In this document: positions 22,777 to 30,476 of the stretch, piece after piece
Layout of the letters: each line of letters starts with the position of its first letter
How positions within the stretch are numbered: position 1 is the stretch's first letter
Position numbers and translations under genes: made by a program
Notes under the pieces: model-generated
The model's database searches: none
What the model saw: only the letters and a program-made list of their open reading frames with translations
Told to the model about the DNA's origin: nothing
DNA from: a virus
Strand: one strand, 5' to 3'
Length of the DNA stretch: 41,785 nucleotides
IMG/VR virus record: IMGVR_UViG_3300046615_000228
Span: 1-41,785 of that record

Positions 22777-23109
22777 ATGACTCAGCCAGTGCGACCCACC
22801 TTCGACAAGCTAAAGGCCAAGGCAAAGATGGATGCCACAGGCAAAAGCTATGCCGACATAGGTCGCGCGCTTGGCATTGAACGCCAGGCCGTGGGTCACT
22901 GGTTTAGGGATCGGGGGGAGCCGAACGTGCAACAAATGAAACTCATGGCCGCAGAACTGGGCTGCCACTGGCTAGAGCTTGTTAATGAGGATGCGATGGT
23001 CGTTTATGCGGAAGATGAGCGGGTCCGGCTGGAACGGATGCGCCATCTGACGCCGGAGGCGCTGGCGAAGCTGGACGCCTATCTGGAGGTCGAAGCCACC
23101 GCCAAGTAA
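22777..23109 (+). CDS. CI-like repressor, short form (HTH only, no S24 peptidase domain)
   Basis: 110 aa from ATG 22777. HTH KSYADIGRALGIERQAVGHWFRDRGEP. Followed by a strong terminator. Divergent from the cro-like gene. Confidence 0.75.
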   Translation: MTQPVRPTFDKLKAKAKMDATGKSYADIGRALGIERQAVGHWFRDRGEPNVQQMKLMAAELGCHWLELVNEDAMVVYAEDERVRLERMRHLTPEALAKLDAYLEVEATAK

Positions 23110-23230
23110 TTTGGTAACAGCTCGCGCGGTAACGCCAAGTTCCGCAAATCTTCACGCCGAAATAACGCCTTACCTTTTAAGGGGCCTAGTACAAAGGCTC
23201 TATTGACGCCATCCAATCTGAACAAGACAG

Positions 23231-23252
23231 CCCGGCCCCGGCCGGGTTTTTT
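23231..23252 (+). terminator. Intrinsic terminator after the repressor gene
   Basis: CCCGGC-CCCG-GCCGGG followed by TTTTTT. Confidence 0.75.
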
Positions 23253-23284
23253 GTGCCCGATGAAAAATAATCGGTTACAGGGTG

Positions 23285-23320
23285 TTGACATCCCCGTAAA
23301 TAGGGTTACAGTACGTAACC
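23285..23320 (+). promoter_or_regulatory. PL-like promoter with overlapping 17-bp operator
   Basis: TTGACA (23285-23290), 16-nt spacer, TACAGT (23307-23312). Palindrome GGTTACAGTACGTAACC (23304-23320). Same layout as the PR-like promoter. Confidence 0.6.
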
Positions 23321-23377
23321 ATAAGCCGCACAGAACACCGCCCCACCACCGGGGCGAGGCGGCAAAGGGAGACGGGG

Positions 23378-24103
23378 ATGGCTCTAATCGAAATCAAGCA
23401 TCGCTACTCGGGAGCCGTGATCTTCGGCGGCGAGTACGCGACGGTTCTGGCGTGCTTGCTTGCGGCGGTTGCCAGCGGCGCGAACCTGTACGGCGCGGAC
23501 CTGTACGGCGCGAACCTGTACGGCGCGGACCTGTACGGCGCGGACCTGTACGGCGCGGACCTGGGCGGCGCGAACCTGTACGGCGCGGACCTGTACGGCG
23601 CGAACCTGTACGGCGCGGACCTGGGCGGCGCGAACCTGCGCGGCGCGAACCTGTACGGCGCGGACCTGGGCGGCGCGAACCTGCGCGGCGCGAACCTGTA
23701 CGGCGCGGACCTGGGCGGCGCGAACCTGTACGGCGCGGACCTGTACGGCGCGGACCTGGGCGAAAAGCCCGAACAACAGCTTTGGTTCGTGCAAACCCGA
23801 ATCCTCCCCTCTGACGGGGACGTGATCGGCTGGAAGAAGTGCATGGGTGGCGTGCTCGTCAAGCTGCGCATTCCCGCCGAGGCCAAGCGTTCTCACGCCT
23901 TCGGCCGCAAGTGCCGCGCTGAGTACGTCGAAGTTCTGGAAGTCATCGGCGCGGATGTTGGTGTTACGGACGCGCATGGCCCAAAGACCGAATACCGCGC
24001 CGGCGAAATCGTGCGCCCCGATTCGTTCTGCGAGAACTGGCAGGACGAGTGCAGCAACGGAATCCACTTTTTCATCACTCGCGCCGAAGCGGAGGCTTAC
24101 TGA
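23378..24103 (+). CDS. Pentapeptide-repeat protein (19 perfect A[ND]L[YGR]G units) with a C-terminal globular domain
   Basis: 241 aa. GANLY/GADLY/GADLG/GANLR units from residue 34 to 128. C-terminal domain ...GWKKCMGGVLVKLRIPAEAKR...CSNGIHFFITRAEAEAY. First gene downstream of the PL-like promoter. Confidence 0.9.
   Translation: MALIEIKHRYSGAVIFGGEYATVLACLLAAVASGANLYGADLYGANLYGADLYGADLYGADLGGANLYGADLYGANLYGADLGGANLRGANLYGADLGGANLRGANLYGADLGGANLYGADLYGADLGEKPEQQLWFVQTRILPSDGDVIGWKKCMGGVLVKLRIPAEAKRSHAFGRKCRAEYVEVLEVIGADVGVTDAHGPKTEYRAGEIVRPDSFCENWQDECSNGIHFFITRAEAEAY
23477..23761 (+). repeat. 19 tandem 15-bp units GGCGCG[A/G]ACCTG[TAC/GGC/CGC]
   Basis: Read directly. All synonymous positions are invariant across units. 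There is also a higher-order 45-bp repeat (…GANLYGADLGGANLR x2). Confidence 0.95.
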
Positions 24104-24104
24104 T

Positions 24105-24254
24105 ATGGCACCGATTCTCGATGGCACGGCCGATACCGGTAGCTGGCAGACCAGCCGCCTCCGCGCGATCCCCTACGAACTCCGCGTGGCGATCCTGTCC
24201 GCGATCCTGCTGGGTGAGGCGATGGTCTACGCCGCGCTGCGGGGTGGCCTGTGA
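24105..24254 (+). CDS. Small membrane protein (49 aa)
   Basis: ATG 2 nt after the upstream stop. C-terminal TMD VAILSAILLGEAMVYAAL. Its stop overlaps the next GTG (GTGA). Confidence 0.5.
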   Translation: MAPILDGTADTGSWQTSRLRAIPYELRVAILSAILLGEAMVYAALRGGL

Positions 24255-24562
24255 GCGCGCCGGTTGATGTGCTGGCGGTGATGGGGGCCTTCCTGATGTT
24301 CGGCGGAACCATCGGACCGCGCGAAGTCATCCCGCACTGGAATGTGCCGCGATCGACCGGCCTGATCGCCAACCGCGCCAATGAAAAGACCCCGAAGGTC
24401 TTGCGCGCCCTGCAACGCGCCGAGCGCGATGGCGTGGTGGTGTGTGTCGGGACCGGAGCCGAACACAACCGCGCATGGAACAAGAGCGCAGCAGCCACGG
24501 CCGAGCGGTACTGGAAGCTAACCGATGCCGCCCTCGCCCGCGTCACCGGAGAGCAGGCATGA
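24251..24562 (+). CDS. Hypothetical protein (103 aa)
   Basis: GTG start coupled by GTGA. N-terminal hydrophobic segment, then a possible winged-helix motif (KTPKVLRALQRAERDGVVVCV). Confidence 0.6.
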   Translation: MSAPVDVLAVMGAFLMFGGTIGPREVIPHWNVPRSTGLIANRANEKTPKVLRALQRAERDGVVVCVGTGAEHNRAWNKSAAATAERYWKLTDAALARVTGEQA

Positions 24563-24801
24563 GCCGCGTCTCCGCACTGACCCACAACGCGCCGTGCCTG
24601 TACGCGCCGGAGCCGGTCGCCAGCATCTTTGACGACGTGGACTGCGTGCGCGACGTGCTGAACGGCTCGGGCATCCCCGATTACCTCGCCTGCGCCCTTG
24701 CTGACGTGGCGGTGGCTGGGTGGACGCCTGAAGCGTGGATGGACGCCCTGCGCGACGTGCGCCGCCATGTGCAGCCGATCTTGTCGAGGGCTGACGCATG
24801 A
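24559..24801 (+). CDS. Hypothetical protein (80 aa)
   Basis: ATG 24559 in an ATGA overlap. Starts MSRVSALTHNAPCLYAPEP... Confidence 0.6.
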   Translation: MSRVSALTHNAPCLYAPEPVASIFDDVDCVRDVLNGSGIPDYLACALADVAVAGWTPEAWMDALRDVRRHVQPILSRADA

Positions 24802-25010
24802 ACTTCCTCCGCAATCGCCGCAAGACGCTCCCCCGCATCAACGTGGGCAACTGGATCGAAGCCGGGTGCTGCGTGTCGTGTTGCTCGCTGGTCACGGGAT
24901 GGCTGTTCGCGTTCGCCACTGGCAATGAGTGGCTAGCCGTTCCCGCCCTGATCCCCACGCTGCTGACGATTGCCGCCATCTACAAATACGACTGGAGGAC
25001 AGAGATATGA
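24798..25010 (+). CDS. Small membrane protein (70 aa, 2 TMD)
   Basis: ATGA-coupled. TMDs WIEAGCCVSCCSLVTGWLFAFA and LAVPALIPTLLTIAAIY. Confidence 0.6.
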   Translation: MNFLRNRRKTLPRINVGNWIEAGCCVSCCSLVTGWLFAFATGNEWLAVPALIPTLLTIAAIYKYDWRTEI

Positions 25011-25237
25011 GCCACCACCAACTGCTCGCAATTCTCGGCCAAACCACCGTGCAGGAAATGATGCGCGAGAGGGAGCGCGAGGAATGGGGCGTCGCAGTCG
25101 CAGACCCCGAGGCCGATATGCCGTGGGACGGGATTCTGGCGGATGAAGACCGCGAGCCGCCGACCACGGTCGGAATCTTCGACGCAATCCCGATGCCGCG
25201 CGATCCGTATCGCGAGCTGGGAGCCGATGCCGAATGA
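25007..25237 (+). CDS. Hypothetical acidic protein (76 aa)
   Basis: ATG 25007 in an ATGA overlap. Starts MSHHQLLAILGQTTVQEMMRERE... Confidence 0.6.
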   Translation: MSHHQLLAILGQTTVQEMMREREREEWGVAVADPEADMPWDGILADEDREPPTTVGIFDAIPMPRDPYRELGADAE

Positions 25238-25458
25238 ACGCACAACTCGATGCCCGCCTTTTGGCAATCGGAATTGACGCAACAACGCGAACTGCAGGAC
25301 GCGCCCGGCGAAAGCATCAGCACGGTGGCGCGCTGACCGTGACCCTGCTGCTGGTCGCATTGGCCGCCGCGTATTTCGGCGTTCGCAGTCTCCCCACCTC
25401 GCCAGCACCCAACACGGCCGCCCCCTCGGCCGTGGCTGGCGGGGATTTTATCAAGTGA
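25234..25458 (+). CDS. Small membrane protein (74 aa)
   Basis: ATGA-coupled. TMD ALTVTLLLVALAAAYFGV. Confidence 0.55.
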   Translation: MNAQLDARLLAIGIDATTRTAGRARRKHQHGGALTVTLLLVALAAAYFGVRSLPTSPAPNTAAPSAVAGGDFIK

Positions 25459-25865
25459 GTGTGATCCGCTCCGCCGCCGAGTGGTCGCGCTGGTGCGCCG
25501 TGACAGTGGCGCAGGGCTTCCCGCTGGACGTTTCAGCGAAGCCCTACAAGCCGACCAGGAGCAGCGAGCAAAACGCCTATCTGTTCGGCGTTTGCTATCC
25601 GCCAATCGCCGGAGCAATGGGTTACAGCGTCGAGGACATTCACGAATACATGCTTGGCCGCCACTTTGGCTGGCGTGACGTGAAGGTTCCCAAGACGCCG
25701 CGCAACCCGGAAGGACTGGCATCAGAACCGAACCGAACCACCACCCGCAACGAGGAAGGCAAGCGCAGCGTTCTGAACAAAGCCGAGTTTTCCGCCTTCG
25801 TTGAAACCGTTCACCGCATCGCCGCGCAGGCCGGGGTTTTCATCCCTGACGCGCTGGCAGCCTAA
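25455..25865 (+). CDS. NinB/Orf-like recombination mediator (tentative)
   Basis: 136 aa, GTGA-coupled. R-S-x-x-Q-N-x-x-x-(W/F) motif (TRSSEQNAYLFG) and C-terminal ...AEFSAFVETVHRIAAQAGV resemble lambda NinB. Precedes the annealing protein. Confidence 0.5.
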   Translation: MSVIRSAAEWSRWCAVTVAQGFPLDVSAKPYKPTRSSEQNAYLFGVCYPPIAGAMGYSVEDIHEYMLGRHFGWRDVKVPKTPRNPEGLASEPNRTTTRNEEGKRSVLNKAEFSAFVETVHRIAAQAGVFIPDALAA

Positions 25866-25876
25866 AGGAGAGTCCC

Positions 25877-26701
25877 GTGAACCAAGTCGTGCAATTCCAG
25901 CCCGCCGTCGAGAACTACGGCAGCCGATCCCTCACCGCCGCAGACGTTCGCGCTCAGGTCAATCTGATGCAGGACGTGATGCAGGAGGTGATGAAGGACG
26001 GCACCCATTACGGGACCATTCCCGGCACCAAGTCCAAGAGTCTCTACAAGGCTGGCGCTGAGAAGCTTATGGCGACCTTCCGCCTTGCCGGTGACCCGGA
26101 GGTGGAGGACTTGGGCGGCAATGGCGAAATCCATTACCGCGTCAAGGTCCGGCTTACCTCGTCCAGTGGCACGTTCATCGGAGCAGGCGTGGGCGAGTGC
26201 AGCAGCCAGGAGGATAAGTACGCATGGCGAGCTGCGATATGTGATGACGAGTTCGATGACACGCCCGAGAATCGCCGCCGCGTGAAATACGCCAAGTGGC
26301 AGGGCAAGGTCGAGAAGAAGAAGCAGGTTCGCACCAACCCGGCCGACGTGGCTAACACCATCCTCAAGATGGCGAAGAAGCGCGCGCAGGTTGACGCGGT
26401 GATTACCTGCACGGCCGCCTCTGACATTTTCACGCAGGACATTGAGGACTTGCCGGAGGAAGTGGTTGCGGAAATCGTCGGCCAGCATTCCAAGCCGAGC
26501 AGGCACGCCAGCCCGGCCCCGGCCGATAGCCCGGAACGTGACGCGGCCATCAAGGAAGCGCAGGACGTGGCCTCCCTCGGCGTGGAGAAGTTCCGCGCGT
26601 TTTGGGCCGGTCTTCCGAAGGAAAAGCGCCTGTTGATCGCGGACAAGATGGAAGCGTTCAAGGCAGCAGCCGAGCGCGCGGACGCTACGGAGGTCGAGTA
26701 A
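25877..26701 (+). CDS. Single-strand annealing protein (recombinase partner of the YqaJ exonuclease)
   Basis: 274 aa. GTG start with an AAAGGAGAG RBS. Conserved-looking YGTIPGTKSKSLYKAGAEKL and NTILKMAKKRAQVDAVI. Synteny with the exonuclease. The exact SSAP family was not determined. Confidence 0.7.
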   Translation: MNQVVQFQPAVENYGSRSLTAADVRAQVNLMQDVMQEVMKDGTHYGTIPGTKSKSLYKAGAEKLMATFRLAGDPEVEDLGGNGEIHYRVKVRLTSSSGTFIGAGVGECSSQEDKYAWRAAICDDEFDDTPENRRRVKYAKWQGKVEKKKQVRTNPADVANTILKMAKKRAQVDAVITCTAASDIFTQDIEDLPEEVVAEIVGQHSKPSRHASPAPADSPERDAAIKEAQDVASLGVEKFRAFWAGLPKEKRLLIADKMEAFKAAAERADATEVE

Positions 26702-27198
26702 TGGAACTGACTGTTGACCGGGTGTTTGAGGCCCTGACCTTCGCGCCGGACACGGGCAAATTCTATTGGATCAAGCCAAGCAAGTACCACAGCGAAAAGA
26801 CGCTAAGTGAGGCCGGTTGCGCACAGCGTAATCACAACGGAAAGAATTATTGGGTTATTCGCTTTGATGGTCGCGCAATCAAGCGCGGAAGGCTTGTGTT
26901 TTTTGTGCTGAATGGACGGTGGCCAACGCCATGCCTTGACCACATCAATGGCGACTCCCTTGATGATCGCCCTGAAAACCTGCGCGAAGCCACGATTGCC
27001 GAGAACGCCTGGAACCACAAAAAGCGAGCCCGGCGCATTGCCCTTCCAATGGGGGTTCGTTTGGCTGGTTCCGGCAGATTTCAGGCGCGAATCGCACATG
27101 AGAATCGGCAGATTCACCTTGGCTGCTATGACACACCGGAAGAAGCCCGCGCCGTTTACCTCGCCAAGAGAAAGGAGCTTTACCGTGAATTTGCATGA
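26701..27198 (+). CDS. HNH (HNH_3) plus AP2-domain homing endonuclease, copy 2
   Basis: LDHINGDSLDDRPENLREATIAENAWN plus the AP2-like GVRLAGSGRFQARIAHENRQIHLGCYDTPEEARAVY. TAATG overlap with the SSAP stop. Inserted between the SSAP and exonuclease genes. Confidence 0.85.
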   Translation: MELTVDRVFEALTFAPDTGKFYWIKPSKYHSEKTLSEAGCAQRNHNGKNYWVIRFDGRAIKRGRLVFFVLNGRWPTPCLDHINGDSLDDRPENLREATIAENAWNHKKRARRIALPMGVRLAGSGRFQARIAHENRQIHLGCYDTPEEARAVYLAKRKELYREFA

Positions 27199-27814
27199 AC
27201 CACAGAGGTCGGAAGCTTGGTTTGACGCCCGGTGCGGAAAGCTCACCGGCTCCCGTTTCGCGGACGTGATGAACGTTCTCAAAGACGGCACGCCAGGAGC
27301 CAACCGCCGCAACTTGGTCGCGCTACTGGCCGTCGAGCGCCTTACCCGCAACACCGTGGACACGTATCAAAACGACGCCATGCGTCGCGGAACGGAGCTG
27401 GAGCCGGAAGCGCGGGCGGCCTTTGAGGCTGACACGGGCGAGATTGTGGCGGAGGTGGGATTCATCCCCCACCCGGTTCTGGATTACGTAGGCGTGTCGC
27501 CCGATGGCCTGCTTGGCAATGACGGCATGGTCGAACTGAAGTGCCCGGCCAGCATGGCGAAGCACTTGGATGCCCTTCGCAACGATGACCACGCGAAGGA
27601 ATACAAGTGGCAGCTACAGGGCCAGCTTTGGGTCGCGCATCGCAAATGGGTCAAGGCGGTGAGCTATGACCCGCGATTCCCCGAACACTTGCGCCTCGCC
27701 ATCTGTCACGTCGAGCGCGACGAAAAGGCCATCGCCGAATTGGCCGCCGAGTGTGAAAAGGCAAACGGCGAAATCGAACAAATCCTATCCACCCTGCAAC
27801 AGAAGGCAGCGTAA
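27185..27814 (+). CDS. YqaJ/lambda-Exo-like PD-(D/E)XK exonuclease
   Basis: QRSEAWFDARCGKLTGSRFADVM, GTELEPEARAAF, SPDGL...GMVELKCP, and the QLQGQLWV motif. GTG 27185 (or TTG 27191) overlaps the HNH end. Confidence 0.85.
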   Translation: MNLHEPQRSEAWFDARCGKLTGSRFADVMNVLKDGTPGANRRNLVALLAVERLTRNTVDTYQNDAMRRGTELEPEARAAFEADTGEIVAEVGFIPHPVLDYVGVSPDGLLGNDGMVELKCPASMAKHLDALRNDDHAKEYKWQLQGQLWVAHRKWVKAVSYDPRFPEHLRLAICHVERDEKAIAELAAECEKANGEIEQILSTLQQKAA

Positions 27815-27816
27815 AC

Positions 27817-28092
27817 ATGGCAAGCCCCAGCAAGCGTTTTGATGTAGTCGCCGGTCGTCCTTACTCCACCCGCGACGGCGAGGAAAAGAAGCAGTGGATC
27901 AACGTCGGCCGCATGACGGAATGGGATGACGGCAGCTTCAGTCTTGAGCTGCACGCGATCCCGACCGGTAACTGGTTCGACGGCCGCCTGTCCGTGTTTG
28001 AGCCGAAGCCGAAGGAAGGCGAGCAGCGCCAGGAACGCAGCAGGCCGCAGCGTGGCGCGGTAGAGGCCCCGGCAGACGACATTCCCTTCTAA
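27817..28092 (+). CDS. Short SSB-like protein ending in the SSB C-terminal tip (ADDIPF)
   Basis: 91 aa. Beta-rich N-terminal part (KKQWINVGRMTEWDDGSFSLELHAIPTGNWFDGRLSVFEP), a disordered basic/acidic linker, and terminal DDIPF. Confidence 0.65.
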   Translation: MASPSKRFDVVAGRPYSTRDGEEKKQWINVGRMTEWDDGSFSLELHAIPTGNWFDGRLSVFEPKPKEGEQRQERSRPQRGAVEAPADDIPF

Positions 28093-28244
28093 CCCCAACA
28101 CAAGCCGCCCAGCAGGCGGTGGCGTAGTAACACCTGCTCGGAGGATCGGTGCATCCCGGCTAGCGATAGCACGACGTTCTCCCACCGAGGCCAACGCGCG
28201 CAGCCCCCGCGACAGTGGGGCAGTTTTCCACCGGAGAGAGAGAA

Positions 28245-28589
28245 ATGACGATTCTGCACAACGTCAACACATTCCCGCCCGTTGACACCAGTTGGTACGG
28301 CAAGCTGGCGACATTGGACGAGTACGACGCCGAGGAACTATCCCAAAAAGGCATTGTCGAGGCTTGGTATTGGTACGCCACCGGATCGTATGAAGGTAGC
28401 GGCCACTTGATCGGCAAGGACTCTGGCGGCGAGTGGGCTCACATGGATATGGGGCATTGCAGTTGTTACGGCCCCTGCGATGGCCGCGCCGGAGTTGCCC
28501 GCTATCCGACCATTGAGGCTATGCAGGCTGCAATGTCTGCCGACCTTCGCGCCGAGTGCGGCAACCTTTTCGCTGCGGTGACCCCATGA
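28245..28589 (+). CDS. Hypothetical protein (114 aa)
   Basis: ATG 28245 preceded by GGAGAGAGAGAA. Cys/His cluster HMDMGHCSCYGPCDG. Confidence 0.6.
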   Translation: MTILHNVNTFPPVDTSWYGKLATLDEYDAEELSQKGIVEAWYWYATGSYEGSGHLIGKDSGGEWAHMDMGHCSCYGPCDGRAGVARYPTIEAMQAAMSADLRAECGNLFAAVTP

Positions 28590-29470
28590 CCCCCCAAGAG
28601 GACGCCCGCGACAGTGTGGATGTGTTGCGCGAGATCGAGGCACATCACGTCGAACAGAACCGCCTGAAAGGGCGCGATGAATCGCGAAGCAAGACGCTGC
28701 GCCTCGTCCGCGAAGCCATCGCCGCCCTGTCCTCCCCGAGTGGGGCGGTGGCGTGGACCGTGGTCGGGCCTGACGGCAAGTCGAGCATTGGCGGATGGAT
28801 GGACATGCGCGTTCATGAGGCTTCGCTGAGGTGGGCTGTACTGCGCGAAGGCCATCGCTACGCATACGCCTACACCCGCCCGCAGCCAGCGGAGCCAGTG
28901 GAGGGGGAGGTGATTCGCGGCGAAGCAACCGGTGACACGCCCACCTTTGCTGAGACGTGGGCAAAGCTGACGGCGCTAGATCGCGCCATCATTTCTTCGC
29001 ACCTCCTTGAAACACGAGCATCACCAATCGCCACCCCCGCCCCGGTGAGCCCGCTGCCAGCGGTGGGGGATGAAATGGTGCCAGCGTCCTCGCTGAATGA
29101 CCTTTGCACCGCCTACGTGCGCCTGCTTGAAACCGGACGCGACCGCATCCGCGACCTTGGCGGCGAGTGCGACCCGGTGGACGTGATGGAGCGCGGCGAC
29201 ATTGACTTGCGCAAGGCTCGCAGCTATCTCGCCGCCCTCCGGAAGCATCACGGCGGCTATATGTGGAGAGACGCTACGGCCGACAAGGCCCCATATATTG
29301 ACGATAGCGAAGCGAAAAACGCGGCGCGGTATCGGCGGCTGCGGGACTGTCACGCATTCGGCCCGGTTGCCGTGCTGTCCGCGGCGCAGAACCACAAGCT
29401 ACTGGAGGGCATGTTTTTAGACGCCGCCATCGACGCCGCCCTCACCCCGCCAGCCAAGGAGTCGCCATGA
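28586..29470 (+). CDS. Hypothetical protein (294 aa)
   Basis: ATG 28586 in an ATGA overlap. No recognised motif. Confidence 0.65.
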   Translation: MTPQEDARDSVDVLREIEAHHVEQNRLKGRDESRSKTLRLVREAIAALSSPSGAVAWTVVGPDGKSSIGGWMDMRVHEASLRWAVLREGHRYAYAYTRPQPAEPVEGEVIRGEATGDTPTFAETWAKLTALDRAIISSHLLETRASPIATPAPVSPLPAVGDEMVPASSLNDLCTAYVRLLETGRDRIRDLGGECDPVDVMERGDIDLRKARSYLAALRKHHGGYMWRDATADKAPYIDDSEAKNAARYRRLRDCHAFGPVAVLSAAQNHKLLEGMFLDAAIDAALTPPAKESP

Positions 29471-29649
29471 GTGGTGATATCAAAGTTCCAATGACTGTGA
29501 AGTTGATCGCCGGGGACGTAGTAGTTGGCGAAGTTGACGACGCGGCCCTGTTCGCCTTTGTGCTTGGCGTTCTGCTTAACCCGCCGGACAAGACGCTTCC
29601 CCCATTGCCGGGAAAGTTCCTGCCGGACGGGTATCGGAGTTACCCATGA
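29467..29649 (+). CDS. Hypothetical small protein (60 aa)
   Basis: ATGA-coupled at both ends. Confidence 0.5.
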   Translation: MSGDIKVPMTVKLIAGDVVVGEVDDAALFAFVLGVLLNPPDKTLPPLPGKFLPDGYRSYP

Positions 29650-30023
29650 CGATGGCCGGTGATGACTATGTGCTGGTGAAGCGTGCCGACTTACTGCGAA
29701 TCGCGGGTGAGGCAAATGTCGCCGCGCTTCGCTTAGGCGAGATTGGCCTGCGTGGCGCGTGCATCGAAACACGCAACGAAATCCACAAGCTACTCGCCGC
29801 CCCTGCGCCTGCCGGGGACGATGCGTGGCTGCCGATTGAGAGCGCGCCGAAGGATGAAGAAATCGTCCTGTGGGGGCCGAAGTGGATCAATCCTGGCGCT
29901 GGCTGTATTGCGGATGACGGCGCCGCATATGAGCCCATGGGAGGCGCTGAGCTTTCGCCAAAGCCAACACACTGGCAGCCGCTCCCACAGCCACCATCTG
30001 GCGAGGTGACCAATGAACGCTAG
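29646..30023 (+). CDS. DUF551-like protein
   Basis: C-terminal WLPIESAPKDEEIVLWG...PTHWQPLPQPP matches the DUF551 pattern (W-x-P-I...P...THW-x-PLP-x-PP). Confidence 0.65.
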   Translation: MTMAGDDYVLVKRADLLRIAGEANVAALRLGEIGLRGACIETRNEIHKLLAAPAPAGDDAWLPIESAPKDEEIVLWGPKWINPGAGCIADDGAAYEPMGGAELSPKPTHWQPLPQPPSGEVTNER

Positions 30024-30351
30024 CTTAAATGCGTCAACGAAGTGGGGCGAATACTTCCCCGGCCACGACATGAAAAGCGAGTTTGATCTAGCCCGGCGAC
30101 CAGGGCGGGGTGCCAGACGGCAAATCATGAATCAGTGCCCAACCCATTCGGGGCGCACTCAATTCTGGCGCGAAACCTATCGCGCAATCTCACCATGCGG
30201 AGCGGTCTTTGTCGTGGCAAACAAAAGTTTCGTGATCGACGTATTCCCGCTTGATGGCGCTGAGAAATACATGAGCCACCTATCGCGATATGACGCCGCC
30301 CGCTTGCCCATCGCCGCCAACGGCGCGGGGCGTGAGGGGGAACAATCGTGA
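30013..30351 (+). CDS. Hypothetical protein (112 aa)
   Basis: ORF overlapping the previous gene by 11 nt. No motif recognised. Confidence 0.5.
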   Translation: MNASLNASTKWGEYFPGHDMKSEFDLARRPGRGARRQIMNQCPTHSGRTQFWRETYRAISPCGAVFVVANKSFVIDVFPLDGAEKYMSHLSRYDAARLPIAANGAGREGEQS

Positions 30352-30476
30352 CCGTCCAAGACTGGATCGACCTGTATTGCTCCGATGAGGACAGGCAACA
30401 CTTTGGACGCTGGCTGCGTCAGGCGGGTGCAGCATGACCACCACCCACCCGAGCCGCCGCGCGGAAGGGGGAGAGA

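Noticed and set aside
23477-23761. The tandem array considered as a CRISPR or other non-coding repeat locus.
   Set aside because: The units are contiguous with no spacers, 15 bp long, in frame, and encode a textbook pentapeptide-repeat motif.
23384-24127. 247-aa minus-strand ORF and other frames (23203..23814, 23404..23886, 23460..23825) across the 15-bp repeat array.
   Set aside because: These are repeat-driven open frames giving monotonous VQVRA / RREPV / CTART peptides. Only the plus frame gives a canonical pentapeptide-repeat protein with a proper RBS, promoter and globular C-terminal domain.
24097-25722. Long minus-strand ORFs (24097..24768, 24518..24979, 24892..25722, 24980..25408) opposite the early-left operon.
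   Set aside because: They are Arg/Pro/Ser/Ala-rich shadow frames. The plus-strand genes here form an unbroken ATGA/GTGA-coupled chain with plausible TM or globular sequences.
28093-28244. 152-bp gap after the SSB-like gene, with small hairpins (CCGCC-cagca-GGCGG; AGCAGG-N16-CCTGCT).
   Set aside because: The stems are short and lack a following T-run. No promoter hexamers or conserved motif were recognisable, so this is not enough for a feature call.
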